From positions 42,845 to 106,844 of the forward strand of contig CAWFOM010000025.1 of NCBI GenBank assembly GCA_963817385.1: 64,000 bases of DNA, read 5' to 3'. The DNA comes from an uncultured delta proteobacterium (GTDB lineage Bacteria > Desulfobacterota > Syntrophia > Syntrophales > UBA5619). The notes below the pieces were generated by a model. The model ran no database searches and was not told the DNA's origin. It saw only the letters and a program-made list of their open reading frames with translations. Below are positions 21,401-31,037 of the stretch, one piece after another (the first letter of the stretch is position 1; each line of letters starts with the position of its first letter). Made by a program: the position numbers and the translations under genes.

Positions 21401-23071
21401 CGAAGACAGAAAAAAATCAAATACTGAGGATATTCCCCGTATCCCTGTTGGAATCCTCGTGAGCCTGCGGTTGCGGAGACCGCGGCAGAAACAGCGAAGA
21501 AATAAAGGATTCTGAAACTCAGGTGTCAATATCGGCACTGCAGGAAGCTCAATACCATAGAAATCGAAATAGGCTTTTGCGGCCTGATATTCTTGATCTG
21601 CGAAACCAACATGAACAGCCCGAACTGCCCTATCAGGTACTAAGCTGTCTGGTATCACCAGATTTTCGTAAGAACTGCGGACGCTCACGGCAATTGCAAT
21701 CCATGGATGGTGGCTAAGGCAGGCCAACATCGAGGGTAGGTGGCTTTCCCACATGCTTCGGTCCTCGCCTTCATTAAGGGCATCAATGAATAGGAGAGTG
21801 CGTCTGCCGGAGAGCTGCGCAGCCGACTCCAGCGCACCCAAGAACTCGTCTCTAGTGCACGATAGGCCAAGCATACGCAGAATCTGTCCCCATGGCTCCT
21901 CATTGCGGAACTTGTTTCCAAGGAGGAGAACAGCTGGCGAACCAGCGGCAACATGCTGCCGCGCGGCGTCGCTGAAAAGGTGGGTCTTTCCTGTGCCAGC
22001 TGATCCGATGAGGATGAGCACTGGTGTATTGGCAAGCTTTGCAACGTCAGACTCGACGAATGCCTCTAAATCTCTTAGCTTCTCTTCAATGCGCCACAGG
22101 CTATGCCGGGCGTATCCGAGATCTTCCCTTGAATACTTTCCTGCCTTTTCCTTTGTTTCATCCGATTTGCCATCATGCGCCTTCTGGGCGAGCTCATGTA
22201 ACACATCCTCGATGTCAGACACGCAGGCGACCAGTTTCCTTGATTGACGACGCATTTCCGGCCAATCAATAGTCTCTACTCCGGGTTTGTCATAGCACTT
22301 GGCGAGTTCAATGATCTGTGCCATCTCCTGGGAAAAACTCTCCACTTTCCCAGGCGCGCCTTCTTCCAAGGCTCGTAAAGAGCCTTTCGACCAAGTTTTT
22401 CCGATACCTCCATAAGCTTGTTGAAATCGTGAAAGGAAAGCTGGTGAACGTGAGAGGCCATCAAACAATGCCGAGATAGGCAACCGAACATTCAACTCTG
22501 GAGTGTAGCGGGGTCCGACTGCTGCGATTGCCTCTTCCAAGCGTTGTTGAAACCATTGTGGTGCGAAGAGTTCTTCACGAAACCAAAAAAAATACCTACC
22601 TCGATGTTCGTCACGCGATAATCTCTCTGCAATCTCATGAGTACCCCAGAAGCGAAACTCGACGCTTATGCTCTTAGCAGCGGCCCACTCCTGCCACTTA
22701 GCAACCCGTTTGTTCCATTGATCAAGGAATGATTCCGAACCTTCATGACGCGCATCTGCGCGATCGAGAGCCATGCAAATCGTATAGCGCTGAAGGGCAG
22801 GGTGTTTTTCGAGAGCCGTCTTCACAGAGGAATCAACCTGCCCCCACTGAGTTGGAGACGGCGGTGAAGTGAAGAATTTCGTCTGCCAGCCTTCTTCCAC
22901 ACCTGATGGGAGTTTCCAAAAACACTCGACCCCTGCGTCGGGAACGCCTTTGCGAACAAACGTGCTGCCGGAAGGTTGCGGTTCGTAGTAAGCCAACTGG
23001 CATACCAGTTCCTCAAACGCAGTTGCTTGGGAACCGTTCCATGGACGAAGCCTATTCCACTCCACTGGCAC
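18470..23071 (-). CDS. AVAST/Avs (Avs2-like) STAND NTPase anti-phage protein with an N-terminal PD-(D/E)xK nuclease-like domain
   Basis: FEELVCQL..PDAGVE..GWQTK; Walker A GSAGTGKT; Walker B LLFIDALNE; ERIGKKYQWIA; lower GC than flanks. Confidence 0.8.
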   Translation of the reverse strand: MPVEWNRLRPWNGSQATAFEELVCQLAYYEPQPSGSTFVRKGVPDAGVECFWKLPSGVEEGWQTKFFTSPPSPTQWGQVDSSVKTALEKHPALQRYTICMALDRADARHEGSESFLDQWNKRVAKWQEWAAAKSISVEFRFWGTHEIAERLSRDEHRGRYFFWFREELFAPQWFQQRLEEAIAAVGPRYTPELNVRLPISALFDGLSRSPAFLSRFQQAYGGIGKTWSKGSLRALEEGAPGKVESFSQEMAQIIELAKCYDKPGVETIDWPEMRRQSRKLVACVSDIEDVLHELAQKAHDGKSDETKEKAGKYSREDLGYARHSLWRIEEKLRDLEAFVESDVAKLANTPVLILIGSAGTGKTHLFSDAARQHVAAGSPAVLLLGNKFRNEEPWGQILRMLGLSCTRDEFLGALESAAQLSGRRTLLFIDALNEGEDRSMWESHLPSMLACLSHHPWIAIAVSVRSSYENLVIPDSLVPDRAVRAVHVGFADQEYQAAKAYFDFYGIELPAVPILTPEFQNPLFLRCFCRGLRNRRLTRIPTGIRGISSVFDFFLSSVNEKLARPTFLDYDEKSRLVSQATQKIAELISERASHAIPREEARVICDELLPDRSFENSLFRHLLSEGVLTETVCNADSAQHQEMITFSYERLADHLVMRELLDKHVDRDNPTASFDRGMPLGECFADEMACWQNRGLAEALAIQGPEILGMEIFELIPATQDAHPICEAFIESLLWRDPKTVSDRCLPYINEHIIGEQDLERKLLNAFLTISPNPEHPFNADFLHSHLMSLELPDRDVQWSIFLYDEYGEKGSVDRLIDWAWSEIAKSHLSDESIRLVGKVLVWFLTTSHRFLRDRATKALVSLFVDRMHVLCQVIPEFVKVNDPYVLERLYAVAYGCALRSNNSEAKRQLGKIVYELVFKDDSPPCHILLRDYARGVVEVALRDSVNLTDVQPEKVRPPYISKWPLDIPPKEEIEKYGEWSQGMPDEEWALHSIYNSVMGSEDFARYILGSDRGKLHWSARRLNEPRIPSRKEQYDAFEDSLAERQRKAWDSYLKIKHIVELYHRLDAANRREMFNRKFTDDELAAALHQAEGIFRKTLGKKKTFVFCTTVLPYLDASPAEQDEFALPVSIAQRWIFKRVIDLGWTVERFGRFDRYRERYRDTGRSAYKPERIGKKYQWIAYHEFLAHMADNLEFRENIWSEKSNVYVGPWQLGRRDIDPSCLLKATRRSEWEPNVSAWWAPVLFDDWATEPDEVQWRKRIDLLPTITPLPVVTDPHTGREWLVLECFYDWEEPTPPEKDRFNISRRNIWYMLKSYLVKAEDEARFYDWANEQHFMGSRMPESSEQTSICLGEFFWAPAFKYFDDSYYSRDGWTRGHADPPLPCDVLVTTDQYMQERSGYDCSIDETISMYLPAKWITNNMQLSWRGVDGCFFNAAGDLVTQDPSIRNPGPRAFLMDKECMSAFLETKGYRLVWTLLGEKDIRGGWQRDENWPGRMELSGCMRIKEGRLDGVATAFWVTTGPERTEIGKIGIP

Positions 23072-23139
23072 AGATCACCCCATTTTCTACTGGTCAATCA
23101 CCATTCTCTAAGCGGCTTGCATTTAGCTTCTTTATAAAG

Positions 23140-23194
23140 CCCTAACGATATGGCTCTACGGCCACTATCCGTCCGCAGCAGCTTCTTGTTAGCG
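23140..23194 (-). mobile_element. Integron attC site
   Basis: CGCTAAC-AAGAA-GCT(G)CTGCGG...CCGTAGAGC-CATATC-GTTAGGG: R''/L''/L'/R' boxes with an extrahelical G; the upstream ORF's stop lies in R''. Confidence 0.75.
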
Positions 23195-24064
23195 TTCCCG
23201 CGATGCGCGAATCTTACCAGCCATATCCTTCCAAAGATCGCTCTTGATCGCGGGCTGTAATGATTGTTCATCCGTCCTTAGCGCTTCTGTGATCGGCGCA
23301 TGGAACTCATTGATTAGCTTCAAAATACACATGGATGGCAGTATCGACATGTTCGAAGCAGTCAAGATAGCTGCCTTGTGACGCTTTAAGAGGTTATCCA
23401 TGAGCTGCCGGTCGATCAATTCCTTATGGAGAATTAAGGAATGTTCTTTTGTCGAGAGCAGGAATGGAAGTAGAGAGATCGCTGATGGATGGGCGACTTG
23501 GCATAGCTCAGCGTAGAGATCGATAACTCCTTGATCCGCAATCGAATCAAGGTAGGTTCTTACCTGTTTGGCCGCGTGACTATTGGGAACGGCGGCTTTT
23601 TCTGACATCGAGATTTTCCTCGCGAAGACATAATGAATCAATTCATCTTCAATACTTTCCGAAAGAAACACTTTTGTTGCATCCCCTTTCAGTGCATTTT
23701 CGATGGTTGCGAAGTTAGTGCAGATAGGATCAATGATTCTGCCTGCTGTGTAGAAAGTGTCGGCACATGCTTCAACGAGGCCCCGAAGGGATGCGGAAAG
23801 ACCGTAGTAGTTGTCAGCGTTGTAGGTACTATTAGCTGCATCATACCATTTCTTGACCCGTTTGATGCTCGTCGCAGCACAGACATGCATCCTCTGGACG
23901 ATTTCGCTCCAGTAAACGAGCTGCATCTCTGCAATCGAGTCAATCTTCAAAAAATCTTCCCCGGAAGTGTAATTGTACACGACTCCACGGATGTTTGGTT
24001 CGACGTCCATAATCACGCTGTAAAGAGGACTGAGTTGCGGTTCTGGTTTATTATTTGAAACCAT
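23189..24064 (-). CDS. Hypothetical cassette protein, DUF5677/HEPN-like
   Basis: 291 aa, AT-rich; LRGLVE and LYAELCQVAHPS motifs; bounded by attC elements. Confidence 0.6.
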   Translation of the reverse strand: MVSNNKPEPQLSPLYSVIMDVEPNIRGVVYNYTSGEDFLKIDSIAEMQLVYWSEIVQRMHVCAATSIKRVKKWYDAANSTYNADNYYGLSASLRGLVEACADTFYTAGRIIDPICTNFATIENALKGDATKVFLSESIEDELIHYVFARKISMSEKAAVPNSHAAKQVRTYLDSIADQGVIDLYAELCQVAHPSAISLLPFLLSTKEHSLILHKELIDRQLMDNLLKRHKAAILTASNMSILPSMCILKLINEFHAPITEALRTDEQSLQPAIKSDLWKDMAGKIRASRER

Positions 24065-24133
24065 GAGGCAGCCTTTTTTTGGTTAACACGGTGCTCACTG
24101 ACGTGGCGCGCCGATATGCCATTTCGCAGGCCC

Positions 24134-24366
24134 CAATCCTTCAGGGCACCCATCGTGAGGTCCTGGACAATGGACTTCCGGACGAAGAAAGCGAAAATGG
24201 AAACCGGCAGGACGATGAGCGTTGCCGCGGCGCCGCTCCCCGCCCAGTCGATCTTTCCGTAGGAGATGAAATTGTAGACCGCAACCGACACTGTTTTCGT
24301 CTTCTGTCCCGAGAGGATCAGCGAGAAGAGAAACTGGTTCCAGGAGAAGATGAGGGACATGATCGC
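24134..24366 (-). pseudogene. Diverged 3' fragment of the sugar ABC permease (copy of 26561-26793)
   Basis: Encodes IFSWNQFLFSLILSG...MGALKD; the stop codon has changed to TGG. Confidence 0.88.
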
Positions 24367-24548
24367 TAGTGCTCCAACCCCAAGTAACGCAAAATGTGCT
24401 CAACCAAGTGCTCGTCGATCTCGCTGTGCCGAGGAACCGGCTGCTTCTTTCCTGTCTTCGGATTTACGTAGATGTCGTGATTGCTATCAGACCTAAGAAG
24501 AACGCATCCCTCATGCTGAAGTTTGCGAAGCAACTCCCGGCGTTTCAT
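24366..24548 (-). CDS. hicA: HicA toxin (copy 1)
   Basis: MKRRELLRKL..SNHDIY..PVPRH; carries SDSNH where copy 2 has SGSNH. Confidence 0.88.
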   Translation of the reverse strand: MKRRELLRKLQHEGCVLLRSDSNHDIYVNPKTGKKQPVPRHSEIDEHLVEHILRYLGLEH

Positions 24549-24901
24549 GTCATAACCACTTCGCGGATTTGGTAATCTTCAGGCACCTCGTCAAGAGCCA
24601 TCAGCATGAACGCCTCACGGATGTTTTGCTCCAGTTCCTCGAGGGTCCGCCCCTGTGTCATTATTTCGGGGTGTTCGAGCAGTTTGCCCACCCAGAACTT
24701 TTTGCTCTTCCAGTAAACCATGGTCATCCGGCTGAATGCCGACGGCCCTGCTGTTCCTGTATTCGCGGCGGAATGAGCGGCGTTCTCGAGCACCTTCAAC
24801 AGGAACTCCTTTTGCGATACTCGCTTCGCGTGACGCTCGTTTTCGATCCACTCGTACAGTGCTTCCGGCACGTCCCTTATGTGAATCTGCTTTGTGGCCA
24901 T
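24545..24901 (-). CDS. hicB: HicB-like antitoxin with an N-terminal RHH-like domain (copy 1)
   Basis: IHIRDVPEALYEWI N-terminus; TQGRTLEELEQNIREA HicB motif; ATGA overlap with hicA. Confidence 0.8.
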   Translation of the reverse strand: MATKQIHIRDVPEALYEWIENERHAKRVSQKEFLLKVLENAAHSAANTGTAGPSAFSRMTMVYWKSKKFWVGKLLEHPEIMTQGRTLEELEQNIREAFMLMALDEVPEDYQIREVVMT

Positions 24902-24974
24902 TGTGCACCTCTCTGGCAAGTATTGATATCTATGATAGCAATTATTCCCAGCGGCGTCAATACACTGGCAGACC

Positions 24975-25078
24975 GGCGGCGCGCACAGGGCGAAGGCCCC
25001 CCCCATAGAAGAGAATCGCTTTCACGTTCTTGATCGTTCCGGTTCCGATCATTATCGGTCCCTATCGGCGCGGAAGGT
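24975..25078 (-). pseudogene. Diverged 5' fragment of the sugar ABC permease (copy of ~27310-27412)
   Basis: GCGGCGCGCACAGG...ATCGCTTTCA...TTCTTGATC...CTATCGGCGCGGA shared with the permease start. Confidence 0.75.
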
Positions 25079-25136
25079 GCCCATTGTGGTCGTGGGAAAC
25101 AGGTTTATATTTCAATTCACCCATTCTGCACTTCCT

Positions 25137-25484
25137 TCAGCCCGAACTTGCGGAATTACCACCTTCCGTCTTGGAGGCAATGTCTTCAAATTGATTGATC
25201 TGAACGGACCCATCGGGGAACTTGGCGATTATTTCCAAGTCGCCCCCCATGGCCTTGATTACATTTCTCAATGTGCTGACGTACATGTCCGTCCGCTTTT
25301 CAAGTTTCGATACCGCGGCCTGCTTGACGGACAACGTTTGTGCCAATTGCTCCTGGCTGAGATTCCTGGCATGCCGTAATTCCTGCAACGGCATCGCTTC
25401 GAGTAAGGCTTTTGTTTTCTCCGCGCCCCTTTTGCGTGCCGCAGGCTTCATTTTGGCCCTGAGCATGGAGTAAGGTTTCGTCAT
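25137..25484 (-). CDS. higA: XRE HTH antitoxin (HigA-like)
   Basis: LSQEQLAQTLSVKQAAVSKLEKRTDMYVSTL. Confidence 0.88.
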   Translation of the reverse strand: MTKPYSMLRAKMKPAARKRGAEKTKALLEAMPLQELRHARNLSQEQLAQTLSVKQAAVSKLEKRTDMYVSTLRNVIKAMGGDLEIIAKFPDGSVQINQFEDIASKTEGGNSASSG

Positions 25485-25496
25485 GGTTACCCTCCT

Positions 25497-25847
25497 TTAT
25501 TCATTCTTCAAATCCCGTACATGCTGTTCGTAAATCCTCTCGGCCATAGGCACAAATTTGTCATACCACCGTGCGCCTCCTGCCTTTTTCCCGCCGAGAA
25601 GCAAGATGGCTACTCTGCGGGGATCAAACACATACAGTATCCTGTATGGCTTCCCTTTGTGCTGGATTCTTAGCTCTCTCATCGAGCCGTACCTTGCTCC
25701 CTTAACTTCCGAGCTGTAGGGGTACGGCAGATTCGGTCCTTTGTCTTCCAATAAACCAACGACCGCATCGATATCGATCTGTTCTTCTTCCGTCAGACCG
25801 ACCCACCATGCTTCAAATTCGTCGGTGTACTCAACTCCCCATGCCAT
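25497..25847 (-). CDS. higB: RelE/HigB-family toxin
   Basis: GPNLPYPYS, MRELR, YRILYVFDPRR, LLGGKK. Confidence 0.88.
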   Translation of the reverse strand: MAWGVEYTDEFEAWWVGLTEEEQIDIDAVVGLLEDKGPNLPYPYSSEVKGARYGSMRELRIQHKGKPYRILYVFDPRRVAILLLGGKKAGGARWYDKFVPMAERIYEQHVRDLKNE

Positions 25848-25854
25848 GGAAGGA

Positions 25855-25883
25855 ATATAACCTCAAAGGAATATATAGTCAAC
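25855..25883 (-). promoter_or_regulatory. Sigma70 promoter with overlapping palindromic operator for higBA
   Basis: TTGACT-N17-TATATT; imperfect palindrome ATATATTCCT-TTG-AGGTTATAT. Confidence 0.65.
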
Positions 25884-25920
25884 TGTTTTTTACCCCTGAA
25901 AGATGATGCACCAGGGAATC

Positions 25921-26109
25921 TTATTGCGACTGCTCTGCCCCTAGGTAACGCAAAATATGCTCAACTAAGTGCTCGTCGATCTCGCTGTGCCGAGGAACCG
26001 GCTGCTTCTTTCGTGTCTTCGGATTTACGTAGATGTCGTGATTGCTACCGGACCTCAGAAGAACGCATCCCTCATGCTGAAGTTTGCGAAGCAACTCCCG
26101 GCGCTTCAT
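25921..26109 (-). CDS. hicA: HicA toxin (copy 2)
   Basis: GSNH and VPRH motifs. Confidence 0.9.
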   Translation of the reverse strand: MKRRELLRKLQHEGCVLLRSGSNHDIYVNPKTRKKQPVPRHSEIDEHLVEHILRYLGAEQSQ

Positions 26110-26462
26110 GTCATAACCACTTCGCGGATTTGGTAATCTTCAGGCACCTCGTCAAGAGCCATCAGCATGAACGCCTCACGGATGTTTTGCTCCAGTTCCT
26201 CAAGCGTCCGCCCCTGTGTCATTATTTCGGGGTGTTCGAGCAGTTTGCTCACCCAGAACTTTTTGCTCTTCCAGTAAACCATGGTCATCCGGCTGAATGC
26301 CGACGGCCCTGCTGTTCCTGTATTCGCGGCGGAATAAGCGGCGTTCTCGAGCACCTTCAACAGGAACTCCTTTTGCGATACTCGCTTCGCGTGACGCTCG
26401 GTTTCGATCCACTCGTACAGTGCTTCCGGCACGTCCCTTATGTGAATCTGCTTTGTGGCCAT
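26106..26462 (-). CDS. hicB: HicB-like antitoxin with an N-terminal RHH-like domain (copy 2)
   Basis: Near-identical to 24545-24901; promoter TTGACG-N17-TATCAT upstream. Confidence 0.8.
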   Translation of the reverse strand: MATKQIHIRDVPEALYEWIETERHAKRVSQKEFLLKVLENAAYSAANTGTAGPSAFSRMTMVYWKSKKFWVSKLLEHPEIMTQGRTLEELEQNIREAFMLMALDEVPEDYQIREVVMT

Positions 26463-26559
26463 TGTGCACCTCTCTGGCAAGTATTGATATCTATGATAGC
26501 AATTATTCCCAGCGGCGTCAATATGCTGTCGAAGGGCCGTCGCGCCGCAGGCGAAAGCC

Positions 26560-27393
26560 TCAATCCTTCAGGGCGCCCATCGTGAGGCCTTGGACGATCG
26601 ACTTCCGCACGAAGAAGGCGAAGACCGAAACCGGCAGGACGATCAGGGTGGCGGCGGCGCCGATCCCGGCCCAGTCGATCTTTCCGTAGGAGATGAAGTT
26701 GTAGACCGCGACCGGCACCGTCTTGGTCTTCGGTCCGGAGAGGATCAGCGAGAAGAGGAACTGGTTCCAGGAGAAGATGAAGGACATGATCGCCGAGGTG
26801 GCGATGCCGTTTCGCACCAGGGGGAGAACGATCCTCAGGAAACTCTGCGAGCGGGTGCAGCCGTCGATCATCGCCGCGTCCTCCAGCTCCGCCGGGATGC
26901 TCTCGAAGAAGGAGACCATGAGCCAGATCACCATCGGCATCGTGATGATCAGGTGGGTGACGGTGAGCGCGGTGTAGGTGTCGATCAGCTTCAGGTAGCG
27001 GAAGATGATGTACCAGGGGAGCAGGTAGCTCACGAAGGGTGTCATCCGGGCAACCAGGACGATGAGGCCGATCTTGTTCTGCCGGTACTTGGCGATGGAA
27101 TAGGCCGCCGGGAGCCCGAGCACCAGGGAGATGGCCGTGGCGAGGGTGGCGATGATGAGGCTGTTCATCAGGTACAGAAAAAAGTTGTACTGCTGGAAGA
27201 CCGCCCGGAAGTTCTCCAGGGTGGGCACGAAAATGAACTCCGGCGGGTAGGAGATGTTCTGAACGCCGGTCTTCAGGCCGGTCATGATCATCCAGGCGAA
27301 CACGAAGAGCGGCGGCGCGCACAGGCCGACGGCCCCCGCATAAAAGAGGATCGCTTTCAGATTCTTGATCATTCCGGTTCCTGTCATCATCAT
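26560..27393 (-). CDS. Carbohydrate ABC transporter permease
   Basis: EAA loop ELEDAAMIDG; FSWNQF. Confidence 0.93.
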   Translation of the reverse strand: MMMTGTGMIKNLKAILFYAGAVGLCAPPLFVFAWMIMTGLKTGVQNISYPPEFIFVPTLENFRAVFQQYNFFLYLMNSLIIATLATAISLVLGLPAAYSIAKYRQNKIGLIVLVARMTPFVSYLLPWYIIFRYLKLIDTYTALTVTHLIITMPMVIWLMVSFFESIPAELEDAAMIDGCTRSQSFLRIVLPLVRNGIATSAIMSFIFSWNQFLFSLILSGPKTKTVPVAVYNFISYGKIDWAGIGAAATLIVLPVSVFAFFVRKSIVQGLTMGALKD

Positions 27394-27430
27394 TTCTCTA
27401 TCGGCGCGGATGGTCCCGGCGCCGTCCCGG

Positions 27431-28324
27431 TTAAAGTGCGGGTGACTCGTGCCGCAGGCGGTTCATGAGCACGTTGAATACCAGCACGATCAGGAACACC
27501 ACCACCATGAGGGCCGAGCCGTATCCGGCCTTGAAGAAGTTGAAGCCGACGTTGTAGGAATAGAGGTACAGCGTCTCGGACGCGATGCCCGGTCCCCCCT
27601 GGGTGATCGTGTAGAGCATGTCGAACTCCTTGAGGTTGTCCAGGGAGCGGAGCATCAGGGCCGCGATCAGGACCGGCCGGATCAGGGGGAGCGTGATGTA
27701 CCAGAAGATCTGCAGGGCGTTGGCCCCGTCGAGCCGGGCGGCCTCGTAGGGATCGTTGGGGAGGGATTTGAGGCCGGCCAGGACGATGAGGGTGATCATC
27801 GGCGTCCACTTCCAGACGTCGACCATCACCAGGGACGGGATCACCATGTACTCGCTCGAGACCCAGAGGCTCGCGGGGAGCCCCACGCTCGTGAGCAGGT
27901 AATTGAGCACCCCGATCTCGGGGTTGAGCATGATCCGCCAGATCAGGGCCACGGCGACCGGCGTCGCGGCGAACGGGATGATGTAGATCGCCTGGACGAG
28001 CTCGCTCCCCTTGAACGCCCGGTTGAAATAGATCGCGATCAGGAGCCCCAGCGCGAGCTCCAGGGCGAGGCTCGCCCCGCTGAAATAGACCATCACCTTC
28101 ACGCCGTTCCAGACGCGTTCATCCCCGAAAAGCTCGATGAAGTTGTCAAAGCCGATGAAGCGAGGCTGCCCGAGACCCACGGTCCATTTCGTGAAGGTCA
28201 GGTAGAGGTTGAAGGCGATGGGAAGGACGACGATCAGAAAAAGGACGGCCACCGCCGGCGCCGGGAAGAAGAAGGCCTGGCGGCGGTCGACGAAGCGGGA
28301 GATGGCGCTTGCGGCGTGCTTCAT
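27431..28324 (-). CDS. Carbohydrate ABC transporter permease
   Basis: YEAARLDGA, TQGGPG. Confidence 0.93.
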   Translation of the reverse strand: MKHAASAISRFVDRRQAFFFPAPAVAVLFLIVVLPIAFNLYLTFTKWTVGLGQPRFIGFDNFIELFGDERVWNGVKVMVYFSGASLALELALGLLIAIYFNRAFKGSELVQAIYIIPFAATPVAVALIWRIMLNPEIGVLNYLLTSVGLPASLWVSSEYMVIPSLVMVDVWKWTPMITLIVLAGLKSLPNDPYEAARLDGANALQIFWYITLPLIRPVLIAALMLRSLDNLKEFDMLYTITQGGPGIASETLYLYSYNVGFNFFKAGYGSALMVVVFLIVLVFNVLMNRLRHESPAL

Positions 28325-28398
28325 AATACTGTTTCGTCCTGGGATGCCGGGCCCGGCCGTCTGTCGATGCGGCCGAACCCGGCGGTTACGTATTTACC

Positions 28399-28523
28399 GC
28401 GTCATTCCGGCGAAAGCCGGAATCCCAGATCAATCAGACTGGACACCGGCTTTCGCCGGTGTGACGTCTATGGATGCCGGATCAGCGCCTGTCCCGGACC
28501 TGATCCGGGATTCGCCGGAATGA
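28399..28523. repeat. Palindromic REP/RPE-like element
   Basis: GTCATTCCGGCGAAAGCCGGAATC...ACACCGGCTTTCGCCGGTGT...TTCGCCGGAATGAC nested inverted repeats between ABC genes. Confidence 0.75.
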
Positions 28524-28533
28524 CTGTTTCGGG

Positions 28534-29841
28534 TTACTTCTCCATCTTCTTGTCCATCTGCTCGGCGCCCTTCTTGGCAGCCTCGGCAACGTCCTTCCCC
28601 TCGATCGCGGCCACGATCACCTGGCCGGTGATGTCGCGGATCTCGGGGACGTTGATGACCGGCGGGTTCCACTGGCCCTGGCCGATGTCAAAGGACTTCA
28701 TCGTGGCGGCGGTCCAGTCGGGCTGCTTGTCGCCCGCCTTGTATTCCTTGGATTTCCAGGACGAGGCCCTTCCCGAAGGCACCCCGGCGAGGAGCGCGCC
28801 CAGGCAGTTCTCCTTGTTGGTCGCCCACTGGATGAAGAGCCACGCCGCCTTCTGCCGCTCGGGGGCGCTGGTCTTGCTGATCGAGAGGCTCCAGTTGGAG
28901 ACGTGGGGGAGCTGCAGCCCCTTGGGGCCCTTCGGGATCACGGCGTAGCCGACCTTGCCGGCGACCTTCGATTCCTTGGGGTTTTCGTACAGGGCCTTGA
29001 AGACGTTGGCGTCATAGATCATGGCGGCCTTCCCCTCCATGAAGGCGGAGGTGCTCTCCGCCCAGTGGAGCATCGTGCCGCCCTGGGGACCGTAGTTTCT
29101 CAGCAGATCGCCGTAGAATTTGAAGGCCGCGATGTCCTCGGCGGAGGCGAAGTTCGACTGGCCCTGGGCGTTCGTCCAGGAGCCGCCGAAGGTGTAGAGG
29201 AAATCGACCCACTGGGAGGTGGCCGCCGCCCCTTTGCCGCGGAGCGTGATGCCGACCATCTTCTTGCCGTCAACCTCCTTGCCGGTGAAGTACTTGGCGA
29301 CCTGCTCGAGCTCCTTCATGGTCGTGGGGACCTTCTGCTTGAACTTCGTGAAGAGGTCCTTGCGGTAGGCCAGAAGCGACGTCTCGGCGTTGATGACGAT
29401 GCCGATCTGCTTGCCCTCCACCGAAGAGGCCTTGGCAAAACTGGCGAAGAAGTCCTTCGGATCCCAGGCCGGATCAGTCAGCTTGGGATCGGCGATGTAC
29501 GCATCCAGGGGCTGGAGCCATCCCGCTTTCCAGTAATGCAGGTCATCCTGGCCCGGCATGATCATGTAACCGTCAACCTTGCCGCCGGCGTTGAGCTCGA
29601 TCGTCCGTTTGTTCCGGTACTGATCCTCCGGGAACGCCTCGATGACGACCTTGATGCCGGTGAGCTTCTCGAACTCGGCCACCTTCGGCTCGATGTAGGT
29701 CGTAAAGGGGTGCTTGTTCATCAGAAATCGGATTTCCGTGCCCTGGCTCTGCTTCCAGTCGACGGCGGCAAAGGCGCTCGCCGACGCCATCCCCACGCAC
29801 AGAAGTGCCGCCACCGCTACCACTACCATTTTTCTTTTCAT
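28534..29841 (-). CDS. Sugar ABC transporter substrate-binding protein
   Basis: Signal peptide; FEKLTGIKV, YRKDLF, AAWLFIQW. Confidence 0.92.
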   Translation of the reverse strand: MKRKMVVVAVAALLCVGMASASAFAAVDWKQSQGTEIRFLMNKHPFTTYIEPKVAEFEKLTGIKVVIEAFPEDQYRNKRTIELNAGGKVDGYMIMPGQDDLHYWKAGWLQPLDAYIADPKLTDPAWDPKDFFASFAKASSVEGKQIGIVINAETSLLAYRKDLFTKFKQKVPTTMKELEQVAKYFTGKEVDGKKMVGITLRGKGAAATSQWVDFLYTFGGSWTNAQGQSNFASAEDIAAFKFYGDLLRNYGPQGGTMLHWAESTSAFMEGKAAMIYDANVFKALYENPKESKVAGKVGYAVIPKGPKGLQLPHVSNWSLSISKTSAPERQKAAWLFIQWATNKENCLGALLAGVPSGRASSWKSKEYKAGDKQPDWTAATMKSFDIGQGQWNPPVINVPEIRDITGQVIVAAIEGKDVAEAAKKGAEQMDKKMEK

Positions 29842-29906
29842 ACGCTTCCTCCTCCAGAAATGTTTGCGAAATAGAGGGTCTCCCCCTATTTCTCCTGTGT
29901 TGGTCC

Positions 29907-31010
<1,104 letters not shown>

Positions 31011-31037
31011 GACAATTGCCCCTTTTCAATCACATAC

